A model generated the notes under the pieces. That model saw nothing but the letters and a program-made list of their open reading frames with translations, ran no database searches and was not told the origin of the DNA. DNA of 64,000 nt from a virus, in IMG/VR virus record IMGVR_UViG_3300024339_000012, positions 1-64,000 of that record. One strand, written 5' to 3'. Each line of letters starts with the position of its first letter. The first letter of the stretch is position 1. Both the position numbers and the translations under genes were made by a program. Positions 41,457-50,909 of the stretch are shown here, piece by piece.

Positions 41457-42926
41457 TTACTCTGCATTCTGACTAACAATCTTCTTAGCCTCGTAGTACT
41501 GACCAGCTGTGATATTACCTTTCAGATCATAATTCCATTTTCTGAGGTCTCTAAGCTGCCATGGCTTTGCAGGTAGGTTACTAATGAATTCACTTGCCTG
41601 ACCTTTAGTATAAGTTATGTCGTCAGTCCATATTCCTTCATTTTTGAGCCAACCTAATTGTTTTTCAGTTGCAGGTTCGTTGAGTCTTCCAACGTGCCTT
41701 ATACTGCGTTTCTTTGGTAGATTGAACAGATCAAATCTACCTGTCTCTTGAGTTAACCGTTTAATTCTGGCTTCTCTTACTACGCGAATCTTTTCAATGT
41801 AAATATCTCTTTGTTCTTCAGAAATAAGCACACGCTCTTCCATAGGAACATCTTTTTCGATAGTCCAGTGATTTACTAAGCGATGCTGTCCAAAGTTGTC
41901 AACGAAGTCAACGATAGTACAATCAGCACGACCAAATATAGATTTATATAGTTCTGATTTCAAACGAGTACCACGACCTATCATTTGCATATATAATGCA
42001 AGTGATTCTGTTGGCCTTGCCATAAGGATAATACCTACATCACTGTAATCAAATCCTTCAGTCAGGATATTAACATTAGTGAGTACTTTAATGTCGCCGT
42101 TCTTAAACTTACGAACTAAAGCTTTACGTTCATCAGGATCTGTCTTACTGGTTATACATTCGCAACTAATACCATGGTTATGCTTAAATACATCTCGTAC
42201 ATTTTCAGCATGCTTGATATTAGCACAGAATACTATTCCCTGCCTGTCAGCACCATATTGCTTATACTTTGTAACAATAAGGTTATTACGAACAGAGATA
42301 TCTACCTTGGTGGACAGTTCCTTTATGTTAAAGTCTCCCATTGACCTTTTCACTCCTGCAATATCAACATCGGTCTTTACTCTATATGCTTCAAGTGCAC
42401 ATAGCCAGCCCTCGTTGATTCCTTGCTGAATAGTATATTCAAATGATATTTTCTCAAACAGATCAGTAAAGTTCAATCCGTCTAATCTTATTGGAGTAGC
42501 AGTAAAACCATATCTGTGTTTAACTTCAAAATACTCAACTGATTCTTTGTATGTTGGCGCAAGATAATGGTGCACTTCATCAATCAATATACAGTCGAAA
42601 TGTTTTGGTTTTATTTTATCCAGGCGATTGTATATGGTCTGAACAGATGCTATTACTATTTTACGATCTATTTCAAATCGTGGGCCTTTCACAATGCCAA
42701 CTTCCATAGGATACATCTGTGCGAAATCAATGTATGCCTGTTCTATTAGTTCCTCTCTATGACAAAGGAATAGAATCTTTTTGTATGACTGAGATATACC
42801 CACTGAGAGTATTCTCTTGCCTGTACCGGTTGCCATAACAATAAGATGGTTTACTATACCATTACCTATCTCTTTGGCTACAGACTCAAACATCCTATCC
42901 TGATAGGGTCTCCATGTTATATTCAT
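41457..42926 (-). CDS. Superfamily 2 DEAD/DEAH-like helicase
   Basis: RPYQ, ATGTGK, DEVHH, TATP, LTEGFD and QMIGRGTR motifs. Confidence 0.92.
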   Translation of the reverse strand: MNITWRPYQDRMFESVAKEIGNGIVNHLIVMATGTGKRILSVGISQSYKKILFLCHREELIEQAYIDFAQMYPMEVGIVKGPRFEIDRKIVIASVQTIYNRLDKIKPKHFDCILIDEVHHYLAPTYKESVEYFEVKHRYGFTATPIRLDGLNFTDLFEKISFEYTIQQGINEGWLCALEAYRVKTDVDIAGVKRSMGDFNIKELSTKVDISVRNNLIVTKYKQYGADRQGIVFCANIKHAENVRDVFKHNHGISCECITSKTDPDERKALVRKFKNGDIKVLTNVNILTEGFDYSDVGIILMARPTESLALYMQMIGRGTRLKSELYKSIFGRADCTIVDFVDNFGQHRLVNHWTIEKDVPMEERVLISEEQRDIYIEKIRVVREARIKRLTQETGRFDLFNLPKKRSIRHVGRLNEPATEKQLGWLKNEGIWTDDITYTKGQASEFISNLPAKPWQLRDLRKWNYDLKGNITAGQYYEAKKIVSQNAE

Positions 42927-42951
42927 GTTGTTTTGATTAAAATTTGATTGA

Positions 42952-43006
42952 CAAAGGTAGCCTTTTTATTTCACATAACGGTTAATTAAATGAAATAAAA
43001 AGGCTG
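42952..43006 (-). promoter_or_regulatory. Hairpin (terminator of the PRTRC operon) abutting a host-type -7 promoter for the helicase operon
   Basis: agcctttttatttca...tgaaataaaaaggct inverted repeat; TACCTTTG on the - strand at 42952-42959. Confidence 0.5.
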
Positions 43007-43011
43007 AGTAT

Positions 43012-43818
43012 TTATACACTCATGGCTGTTATCGGTTGACTCTTTTCAAGGTCAATGAAATATCCATGATGTTTAATTTGGTGATCTTTGACAAGTTGCC
43101 ATATGATCTTTGCAGCATAAGTTGCTACAATAGAATTAATGAAAGGGTCTTGTCTTTTCAAGGCTTCGAATGTACTACAGCTTGCTTCTTTATCTTCAGA
43201 TTCAGATGCTTTATTCAGGTCATTACTGCTGAACACATCAAATATCCCGCGCAGTCTTTTCTTATAACCTTTGCCGGGCTGTTTAATATCTGCAGTAGTT
43301 CCACAAATTACCTGACCTTTATCGTATGAGTTACCACAATCAATGTGATAGTATATCTGATCAGAATTATGATATCCATGCCTATATGTACTCGGACCTT
43401 TAATGATATGATCCATTTCAAATCTTGCTGACACATTATCAACACAGCACACATTGAAGTTAGACGCCTTATACACTATATGATCAAAATCATCACTGTA
43501 CTTCATGTATCTGTCAATAGCAGACCAGTTAAATCCAAAGTTCCTGTTTATGCGCTCGATGGTTGTACTTGCCTTTTGCTTTCCAATATCTTCCACATAA
43601 TACAGCTGTCTACCAACATTAGAATCAGAAACTATATCACCATCAATGACTGTAACATGTAGTCCTACATGATCAAGTTTTCTAAGCATGATGTTCATTC
43701 TGACAAGTTCAGAAATTAGCCTGGTACCGGTTCCTCCACATCCTACGATTGTAATAGAAATTACTTCGTCAGGATTCGTGATCTTTGCAGGAGCAAAGTG
43801 TGTATAAGTCTTTTTCAT
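43012..43818 (-). CDS. PRTRC system ThiF/E1-family activating enzyme
   Basis: VGCGGTG, IDGDIVSDSNVGRQ, CCVDN..AR, DCGN..GQV and ASCS..EAL..QDPFIN motifs. Confidence 0.9.
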   Translation of the reverse strand: MKKTYTHFAPAKITNPDEVISITIVGCGGTGTRLISELVRMNIMLRKLDHVGLHVTVIDGDIVSDSNVGRQLYYVEDIGKQKASTTIERINRNFGFNWSAIDRYMKYSDDFDHIVYKASNFNVCCVDNVSARFEMDHIIKGPSTYRHGYHNSDQIYYHIDCGNSYDKGQVICGTTADIKQPGKGYKKRLRGIFDVFSSNDLNKASESEDKEASCSTFEALKRQDPFINSIVATYAAKIIWQLVKDHQIKHHGYFIDLEKSQPITAMSV

Positions 43819-44537
43819 ATTAAATCTCCTATCGTTTTATCGTGAGGAATTATTGGCAACAGCCTTATTTCTTTCTTTTTGATATACATATTCCAAGCGT
43901 CTACAAATGTCTTAGGCTTGAATGATTTCTTATACATATCCATTTGCTTATTCATGTGCGTAAATGGACTCTTGAAGAATATCTGTTCCCAATGAATCAG
44001 GAACTCAGCAATAGACTTACATTCATAAAGAGTCATGATATTCTGTGACCCTAAACAAACATTATCTTTGTAATCAACATTCATAAATGGAGTAGGATAC
44101 AGAATAGTATCCATTCCTTCATTTTCCTTTGCGAAATATACATTCAGGTCTCTCTCGCTGGCATGAAATACCATCGCGGGTATCATTATATCATATCTGC
44201 CCTGCTTAATAGTTCCGTATCTATTAACTATTACTGTACGAATACATTTCTCAACGTACCATATGGCATTGTCATAGCTTTTTAGATTAAAGTAAATCAA
44301 GCCTTTTGGAATCTGATTATAAGTAACAGCACTATTCTTTATTAGCACCTCGTCTTTCTGTATGAGAATGGTTAACATGTTCTGAAGTATCTTAGCCTCA
44401 AATGGCCTGAATGAATTATCATTCTCACCTTTCATTTCAGCATAACAAACAGTATTGGCACCATTCTCATAGAAACGCATTTCTGTTTTGAGTGACATTT
44501 TACCAACGGGAATGTCTACGATTTTCTTTTTTTCCAT
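43815..44537 (-). CDS. PRTRC system protein B (prokaryotic E2 family D)
   Basis: IP.GL..IWY..PAMVF..LY.TPFMNV....VCLGS..WE..FF.SPFTH, including the conserved Cys. Confidence 0.8.
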   Translation of the reverse strand: MEKKKIVDIPVGKMSLKTEMRFYENGANTVCYAEMKGENDNSFRPFEAKILQNMLTILIQKDEVLIKNSAVTYNQIPKGLIYFNLKSYDNAIWYVEKCIRTVIVNRYGTIKQGRYDIMIPAMVFHASERDLNVYFAKENEGMDTILYPTPFMNVDYKDNVCLGSQNIMTLYECKSIAEFLIHWEQIFFKSPFTHMNKQMDMYKKSFKPKTFVDAWNMYIKKKEIRLLPIIPHDKTIGDLI

Positions 44538-45588
44538 GTTTCTTGTTTATGAAATTATTAACCATTTTACCATTTACAAATTCATTTGCATCTAAGAACC
44601 TGTTTGCTATGTATGCTATTCCGCCATTCCTCCAAATTGGTTTGCAATCTGTTTTCTTTCCGGGCTTATGCAATACAGACCTCATGAACGGATATACATA
44701 TACATTCTTAGAATTCTTAATACCATGCCAATCATGCATTGTTAATCCACCTTTTGTACATGACCAAACAAATTTAATCCTGTGCTGATTATCTGCAAGT
44801 TTCATATTCTCAGCATTACAAAAATCAAGTATTACATCATCAACATTGTACTTAGATAATTTGAATGAATCTCTATTAAATATGCTGTATAATTTCTTCT
44901 GCAGCTTTCGTACTGTTCCAAACTTCCTTTCTTTCTTAAAGTATGCAGTTATTGATGATTTCCTCATAGTAGCGCCTTTATTGAGTAATTTGATAGCACG
45001 ACTAAGTTCCGGAGTTTCTTCACGACCTTGCATATATTCCTTGAAATAAGGATCATTTGCAGGACAGTATAGTTCAAAGTTTTTAGACATCCATCCAATT
45101 GCTTTGAACATATCGTCAACAAATTCAGGATCTCTTTCCTTTATGCTGTAGATTATATCCAATGGTATTGTCGATGCTAATTCAAGCCATGTAAAACAAT
45201 CTGTTATCATTACAGCAAGTCGTACATCATATGATTTTTCACAGTAATACTGTACAAATTCATATGTATAACTGAACGTATCCAATGGAACGTAAAAGTT
45301 ATGCCTGATCTTTATATCACAAGCATCCCTTGTCATCTTAATTATTCGATGTGATTTGAATCCTTTATTGAAATACTTAATAATTGTATCGAATACATCC
45401 AACCAAGACCTACTACTTGAAAATTCAGTTATAATAGGCAGTTTAGGATTGAGTCTGCAATACAGGTTATAAGCATCCTTAATAAGAACTTGTGGGGCTA
45501 TCTGGAGTAATTCTTTATTATTGCCAACATCAAGCATCCCCGGCTTTGCGTTTGTACCCATTAGGGCCATTATGTTATTTATGCTCAT
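44500..45588 (-). CDS. Uncharacterised protein in the PRTRC protein-F position
   Basis: 362 aa between protein C and protein B; assignment is by synteny only. Confidence 0.45.
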   Translation of the reverse strand: MSINNIMALMGTNAKPGMLDVGNNKELLQIAPQVLIKDAYNLYCRLNPKLPIITEFSSSRSWLDVFDTIIKYFNKGFKSHRIIKMTRDACDIKIRHNFYVPLDTFSYTYEFVQYYCEKSYDVRLAVMITDCFTWLELASTIPLDIIYSIKERDPEFVDDMFKAIGWMSKNFELYCPANDPYFKEYMQGREETPELSRAIKLLNKGATMRKSSITAYFKKERKFGTVRKLQKKLYSIFNRDSFKLSKYNVDDVILDFCNAENMKLADNQHRIKFVWSCTKGGLTMHDWHGIKNSKNVYVYPFMRSVLHKPGKKTDCKPIWRNGGIAYIANRFLDANEFVNGKMVNNFINKKHGKKENRRHSRW

Positions 45589-45785
45589 GGTAGTTCCTGT
45601 TTAAGTTCAGCTATTGGAAGTATTCTCTTTTCCTTCATAACCTGATCAGTAGTGTGTCTGTCGTGGTATTTCAAATGATTGGTCTCTTTAATGATCAATG
45701 ATATTTTTATACCACTTTCCTTAATAGAAAAAGGCAGGTCAATCAACCTGCCTTCTGTCTGTTTAAAATACTCTTCGATTTTCAT
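45585..45785 (-). CDS. Small hypothetical protein inside the PRTRC operon
   Basis: Translationally coupled on both sides (TAATG / ATGA). Confidence 0.55.
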   Translation of the reverse strand: MKIEEYFKQTEGRLIDLPFSIKESGIKISLIIKETNHLKYHDRHTTDQVMKEKRILPIAELKQELP

Positions 45786-45988
45786 TACCCTTTAGGTTTA
45801 AATGATAATGTAAATACGTATTCAGCTTTTCCTGTCTTGTATTCAGGGCCTTTTATGGTCGCTGTTGCAAGTTCCGGAAACTGATTAGCATAGAAGCTCT
45901 GGACTTCTTTCGGAGACATGTTCGGATTTGGATCCGTTAAGTCTTTCTTTTCAAACTTGAAAACTCGAGGTATAGTCTTAGTCGCCAT
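45785..45988 (-). CDS. PRTRC system protein C (prokaryotic ubiquitin-like, Prok_Ub)
   Basis: RVFKF..LTDPNP.MSP.EV..FYA..FPELATATIKGP..Y.F...PKG; ends in Gly. Confidence 0.88.
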   Translation of the reverse strand: MATKTIPRVFKFEKKDLTDPNPNMSPKEVQSFYANQFPELATATIKGPEYKTGKAEYVFTLSFKPKG

Positions 45989-45997
45989 AGTCGTAGT

Positions 45998-46582
45998 TTA
46001 AAAGTCATCTTCAATATCATTATTCATACCAGCAAATGCATCACCTTTTTCTTCAGGTTCAACTGCTTTTGGTTCAACAACCTTTTCAGCTGCTTTTTCA
46101 AGTGGAGCTTTTGGTTTTTCTTTAACCTCTTCTTCAACCTGTTTGAACATATCACCAGTTTCACCTGTTGGAGCAACCTTTTCCTTAACTTCTTCCACTG
46201 CTTTCACATCAGTCTTAGTTTCAGTAGTTTTAGTTTCAGTAGTCTTTGGAACAGGTTTCTTTCGTGGTGTGGTAGTCTTTGTGCCAGTAGCTTTCTTTTG
46301 CTTCTCGTCTGCAACTCTTTTGATTTGCTTATCGAAAAACTCTACATTGTCAGTCATTTCAACAACTTTATTCAATGATGGTTTTAAAGCATCATAGAAG
46401 TTATCTTCTAACTGTTCGGGAGTGCCTGATATTACTAAATTAGGCATGTGAGTATCTTTGTCCTTTGACTTAAAGAATATAGCCATAGTGACAATTCCAT
46501 TCTTACTTGAGAATATGATATTCATATCCAACTTCTCACAATAGTCGGATATGAATTCAAAAAACGTAGGTATATTTTCCAT
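45998..46582 (-). CDS. PRTRC system protein E
   Basis: FF..I..P.LVISGTPEQLEDNF..AL motif followed by a low-complexity K/E/T tail. Confidence 0.8.
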   Translation of the reverse strand: MENIPTFFEFISDYCEKLDMNIIFSSKNGIVTMAIFFKSKDKDTHMPNLVISGTPEQLEDNFYDALKPSLNKVVEMTDNVEFFDKQIKRVADEKQKKATGTKTTTPRKKPVPKTTETKTTETKTDVKAVEEVKEKVAPTGETGDMFKQVEEEVKEKPKAPLEKAAEKVVEPKAVEPEEKGDAFAGMNNDIEDDF

Positions 46583-47610
46583 TACGGTAGTCCTTGTTCG
46601 TTAGTTTCACCAGATTTATCTTTATCCTCTTCTTCAAGAGTATTTGGAGTAGGCTCATCTTCCATGATGTCCTTAGCATTTTCAGCATCTTCTTTTTCAA
46701 GATCAATAACTTCAATTATTTCGCCCAGGCGATATCTGTCAGTAAAGAATTTACCGGTTGCAGCAGATTGAATTATTCTTGCTTCTAATCTGTTACTGGA
46801 AGAGGTTACAGCTGTTATGTGATTAAAGAAATCCCACAACGGTACGAGGTTGTCACCTTTGTCATCATAAGAAAGCATATTTGCAGCAAGTTTGGAACAT
46901 TCGCTTATGTTCAATGGTACTTCAAGAGTACTGTCAATATAAGCACCTTTAACCGCAAGTGATAGTAAGCTACCAAGGATGCTGTTTCTCTCTGTTATAG
47001 CAGGTACGCGCATCATAATAAGCCTATTAATGAATGCACCCTGTTCTTGCCAAAACTCTTTGATATTATCAATACGCTTTTCAATCAATTCAAGAATGTG
47101 ACTGAAATCCATACCGTCTTTACCATAATTTCTGAAGATGTGATTAGCACCCATTATAGTGAAGTTTGAGCATATTGTAACACGAGCACCAACACCAAAG
47201 ATAAAACCCTTTTCATTCTGAGTAATACCAATAACAAGACCAATCTCATCATTAGTAAACTCACCAAGTACTCTTATCGAGCATATCATTTCACGAATGA
47301 TAGTAACGGTTGTGTCATTAACCTCAACAAGATCTTTAGATTCTGGATTGTCCTTGAGGGCTCTTTTGTTCATTCGATCAACTTGCTTCTGTGTTCCTGG
47401 AATTGTTCCTTTTTCGGTTATGAATAAATCACACACCTCGAAAGGTATTTTCCTTGAGTCAAGCATATCAGTTATTTCAGCGATAACATCATAATGCGAC
47501 ATTGGAAATTTCTTTTCATTTTGGTTACGATAGTCCGCAGACTTCTCCAAAGTCTCAAGATCAATTTCCATTACTTTTTGGCCTTCACCAAAGACAATTT
47601 GTTTTTGCAT
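46582..47610 (-). CDS. DUF932-like protein
   Basis: GVGARVTICSNF and LWDFFNHIT motifs; coupled to PRTRC protein E. Confidence 0.55.
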   Translation of the reverse strand: MQKQIVFGEGQKVMEIDLETLEKSADYRNQNEKKFPMSHYDVIAEITDMLDSRKIPFEVCDLFITEKGTIPGTQKQVDRMNKRALKDNPESKDLVEVNDTTVTIIREMICSIRVLGEFTNDEIGLVIGITQNEKGFIFGVGARVTICSNFTIMGANHIFRNYGKDGMDFSHILELIEKRIDNIKEFWQEQGAFINRLIMMRVPAITERNSILGSLLSLAVKGAYIDSTLEVPLNISECSKLAANMLSYDDKGDNLVPLWDFFNHITAVTSSSNRLEARIIQSAATGKFFTDRYRLGEIIEVIDLEKEDAENAKDIMEDEPTPNTLEEEDKDKSGETNEQGLP

Positions 47611-47650
47611 TTTTATAAAGATTAGTTAAAAATATTAAGAAGAAAAATAA

Positions 47651-48016
47651 TCAATTTGGAAGTATTGGGAAGAGGTTTGCCATGTCACTCATGGATACGT
47701 TGGGGGCTGTTTCAACCTTGCGTATGAACGCTCTCACGTTGTCTATAACCTCATTTATGTTCGGGAATGCATGAAGGGTAGCAATGGATCGTATATAGCT
47801 TACAATAGCTTTCTCGTCATCGGTTGTTATAGCCATAAATGTATTGTCTGGCATTCTAAATAGTAGGTGAATGATATCACCACTTGATATTAATAATGAA
47901 TTCACCACACCTGTATCCTTAGAAATGTTATTAAACCACTTCATGGTTTCATCATTGCGTACATTCTTACGAATCCACTCTTCGATATCTTGTGTATTAA
48001 ATGTAGTAAAAAACAT
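47651..48016 (-). CDS. Hypothetical protein
   Basis: 121-aa ORF with an AT-rich leader. Confidence 0.55.
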   Translation of the reverse strand: MFFTTFNTQDIEEWIRKNVRNDETMKWFNNISKDTGVVNSLLISSGDIIHLLFRMPDNTFMAITTDDEKAIVSYIRSIATLHAFPNINEVIDNVRAFIRKVETAPNVSMSDMANLFPILPN

Positions 48017-48098
48017 ATTACAGAATTATTGGGTAAAATTAACATTAATTATTAGATTAAATAATGAAGTCACAGCCTGTGAATCTATATTACAAATA

Positions 48099-48133
48099 AA
48101 ACCCCAAACTGGGTAGATAGCTTGGGGCTTTTT
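48099..48133. terminator. Probable intrinsic terminator
   Basis: aaaccccaaact...agcttggggctttt inverted repeat with A/T tails. Confidence 0.45.
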
Positions 48134-48206
48134 ATGTTTATCTGTCAATCAGATATTCGGGAATCATATGGCTCGAACACTTGCCTTGTTAAAGGACTTT
48201 CAGGAT

Positions 48207-48599
48207 CTAATTGACATTGTAAAAATTTGATAGGTCAGTTTCAAATGAAAGACCGATCGCCTCTCTTTCTTGCTTATAGATATCAGTACCGGTTTTAGTG
48301 GCTGATGGGGTCTCAGAGTAGTAGATCTTTTTAGTTGCCTCAAACTCATTCGATGTGTAATAAACTTTGACATCTGCTTCGAGCATAAACGTGGTAAAGT
48401 ACCAACTGTTCTCATTTTCCTGGGCAGTGAACTTAGAGTCCGTTATAGTTATAATGTCATCAGCTGTAAATTCGCTGTCAACAACATAGACAATTTCATC
48501 TGCCTCGCTCTTCGCATCGGTGATATAGATCACGTCCGCGGCAACTGATAAGCTAAACATTAGCGCAATCAGGAATAAATAAACCGTTTTCATAAGCAT
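48207..48599 (-). CDS. Secreted repeat protein (DUF6150-like)
   Basis: Signal peptide plus repeated VY.VDS...AD units; host-type promoter TATATTTG (- strand) at 48626-48633. Confidence 0.55.
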   Translation of the reverse strand: MLMKTVYLFLIALMFSLSVAADVIYITDAKSEADEIVYVVDSEFTADDIITITDSKFTAQENENSWYFTTFMLEADVKVYYTSNEFEATKKIYYSETPSATKTGTDIYKQEREAIGLSFETDLSNFYNVN

Positions 48600-48658
48600 T
48601 GATTTTAATTAGTAATAAAGTGATACAAATATAATATAATTGAGATATTTACAATAGC

Positions 48659-48976
48659 TTATATCAGACCATTGTAAAGTATAACACTTGGATGACCATG
48701 TTCACAATGACCATCTGGTTCTGTTACGCAGCCCTGAGAACAGCAAGCATCAACTATACTGTCCAAAAGAAGTGAGGGATTATCCATATAAGAACTTAAC
48801 CCTATTGGCTGGAAATAGGACTTGTATCGTTTCTGTTTAGCCTCTTCCATTTTGAGGATCTTACTGGCACGAGATTGAAGTTTCTTTTCGACATTATCAG
48901 GGAGCATTACTACACCCCCTGCTCTTTCAATATCGTCAATCTTTTCTTTTAGCCTATCAATTTCACCTGTTTTCAT
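48659..48976 (-). CDS. Hypothetical protein with C-terminal Cys/His metal-binding motif
   Basis: Likely ATG at 48976; ACCSQGCVTEPDGHCEHGHPS. Confidence 0.55.
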   Translation of the reverse strand: MKTGEIDRLKEKIDDIERAGGVVMLPDNVEKKLQSRASKILKMEEAKQKRYKSYFQPIGLSSYMDNPSLLLDSIVDACCSQGCVTEPDGHCEHGHPSVILYNGLI

Positions 48977-48977
48977 A

Positions 48978-49241
48978 TCAGGTATGTATTGACCAGCCTT
49001 TGCTGTGTTCATGATAAATAATGCCACCATTCATTTTATGCCCTTCTCTTTCAATAGCAAATGACATTGACATATGAGCAAAGTCTGTACCTATTACTAC
49101 ATCATAGCCTTCAGATAAGTATCTGTACAGTCTTGACATTGTTAACCAGAATTCATCAGTTAAGTTGTTCGTATCAGCAAAGTCAATGATTTCCTTGAGT
49201 CTGCCATTGGTGTAATCTGTAATCGTTTTTTCTTTTTCCAT
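48978..49241 (-). CDS. DUF4120-like protein (Bacteroidota mobile elements)
   Basis: DFAHMSMSF..MNGGIIYH..GWSIHT C-terminus. Confidence 0.6.
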   Translation of the reverse strand: MEKEKTITDYTNGRLKEIIDFADTNNLTDEFWLTMSRLYRYLSEGYDVVIGTDFAHMSMSFAIEREGHKMNGGIIYHEHSKGWSIHT

Positions 49242-49252
49242 GATTTAATTGT

Positions 49253-49573
49253 TTATGAATTATCGCCAGCAAATTGAGCTGCAAATTTACCATGAAATAT
49301 CTTCCAGTCTTCGTCTAAGCCATATCTACAGAACCTTGTTATTCGTTTAGGTCTGTTCTTTTGAGTATCATTATCAAACCAGTCATCCATAATGGCATAA
49401 CCAAGTTTCTTATCATCAAAGTTTGGTACATCAAACATTCTTAAGTTGAAGTTCTTTCCATCACATACCTGTCTTGTTTCGGAGATCTTTATACAGTAAT
49501 GAAGCATCCCTTGAGTCCACTCGTCCAGTGGTACTTCTTTAAGTCCTTCCGGAGTTTTATTATAGTCGTTCAT
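49253..49573 (-). CDS. Hypothetical protein
   Basis: 106-aa ORF in the - strand run. Confidence 0.55.
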   Translation of the reverse strand: MNDYNKTPEGLKEVPLDEWTQGMLHYCIKISETRQVCDGKNFNLRMFDVPNFDDKKLGYAIMDDWFDNDTQKNRPKRITRFCRYGLDEDWKIFHGKFAAQFAGDNS

Positions 49574-49585
49574 AGCTATGCTTTT

Positions 49586-50041
49586 TTAGTGAATTAATCC
49601 TTCATCTGCAAATGAATAATATTTATAATTCTCTGATGAGAGTATTATATGGTCAAGCAACCTAATGCTAAAATAGTTTAATGCTTTCTTAATATTATTA
49701 GTTATTCTTATGTCTTGATCACTGGGTTTCATTCTTCCCGATGGATGGTTATGACATAGTATAACTGCTACACATAATGATTCAATAGCATATTTAGTTA
49801 TTAATCTTTCATCAACGACTGTGCCCATGAGACCTCCTTGACTTATCTTAACCCAACCAATAGTATTGTTAGCACTGTTAAGGAATACGGTAAAGAAACT
49901 CTCATAGATAGCAATATCATCATGATAGAACTGCCTTGCATATTCATCAATATCTCCTGACTTAGTAATTTTTACTTTTTTAATATTTGTTGGTTCTTTA
50001 ACTAATCTGTACTGTGGTGTATTTGATTTATAAGTTTTCAT
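49586..50041 (-). CDS. radC: RadC-like JAB/MPN domain protein
   Basis: ESF..LN.AN..ISQGG..TVVD..LCHNHPSG..PSDQD..LLDHII; metal ligands intact. Confidence 0.9.
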   Translation of the reverse strand: MKTYKSNTPQYRLVKEPTNIKKVKITKSGDIDEYARQFYHDDIAIYESFFTVFLNSANNTIGWVKISQGGLMGTVVDERLITKYAIESLCVAVILCHNHPSGRMKPSDQDIRITNNIKKALNYFSIRLLDHIILSSENYKYYSFADEGLIH

Positions 50042-50085
50042 AATAAATAGTTTAGTTAATAAAAAAAATAAGTAGAGCGTTAGCC

Positions 50086-50322
50086 CTACTTAGTGTCATC
50101 AATGTTAAAGAATTCAATTTCTTTGGTATGTCTTGTAATCTTTTTGTATTCCAAAGCATTGAAATTGTTCTTGTTAATTTTGTCGGCAATAAGAGTAATC
50201 CCTTTTGCCATTTCGAAACTCATTTCTCCGCGCCTTACATCAAGTAAAGCACCCGTAAGCATCTTGGTTAGATTCTCTGATGAGTCTGCCTTAATCTTTG
50301 TTAAATCTCTTTCCATGTTCAT
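50086..50322 (-). CDS. Hypothetical protein
   Basis: Coupled to the upstream gene. Confidence 0.55.
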   Translation of the reverse strand: MNMERDLTKIKADSSENLTKMLTGALLDVRRGEMSFEMAKGITLIADKINKNNFNALEYKKITRHTKEIEFFNIDDTK

Positions 50323-50909
50323 GATTGCATAGTTTTAAGTTCACGTTTTATAAGTATTGTTAATCTTTTCTGTTCAATTAATTCTTTAGGAATATCTAAA
50401 GATTCCAATCCATTATTATATCTTTTAATACTTTTTATGATATAATGATCAGGTAATTCTTTGGTTCGTTTATCATCTTTCTTTTTATTCCTAACTTTCC
50501 ATTTTTGAGGATTGGTCTTTCGGTCATTTCTTAATCTCTCATTTATACTATCCCTATTGTTCTTTTCATATTTACGTCTTATTTCAACAATCTTTTCAGG
50601 ATACTTTTTATAATATTTATCTCGTCTTATTTTATCGTTTTCCTTTATCATTAAGTCAGCTTTTTCAGGATCTGATTTTCTAAGCTCCATTATAATAACT
50701 TTTCTTTTATATGTACTGTCAGTTTTCATTCTTTCTTTTCTGTATTCCTTTTGTTTCTTTGCATTTCGGACTCTATTTGCTTTAGCTATACATTTTTTAC
50801 AAGCATAAGTAAAATAGACTCTATCATATCCTTTGCATTTAACTGGTTTGAAGTTTTTCTTAGTTAATGGCAATTCATCACCACATTGCTTACATATTCT
50901 GGTTTCCAT
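50319..50909 (-). CDS. Basic Zn-finger (CxxC..CxxC) putative DNA-binding protein
   Basis: Likely ATG at 50909; CKQC..CKKC, K/R-rich helix, ELPDHYI..IPKELIEQKRL. Confidence 0.6.
   Translation of the reverse strand: METRICKQCGDELPLTKKNFKPVKCKGYDRVYFTYACKKCIAKANRVRNAKKQKEYRKERMKTDSTYKRKVIIMELRKSDPEKADLMIKENDKIRRDKYYKKYPEKIVEIRRKYEKNNRDSINERLRNDRKTNPQKWKVRNKKKDDKRTKELPDHYIIKSIKRYNNGLESLDIPKELIEQKRLTILIKRELKTMQS

Noticed and set aside
43012-43818. ThiF/MoeB as a thiamine or molybdopterin auxiliary metabolic gene
   Set aside because: It lacks the paired CxxC Zn motifs and ThiS/ThiG context; its neighbours are PRTRC B, C and E.
48140-48205. tRNA-like element (GTTCGAGCC on the - strand)
   Set aside because: I could not build a cloverleaf with acceptor, D and anticodon arms.
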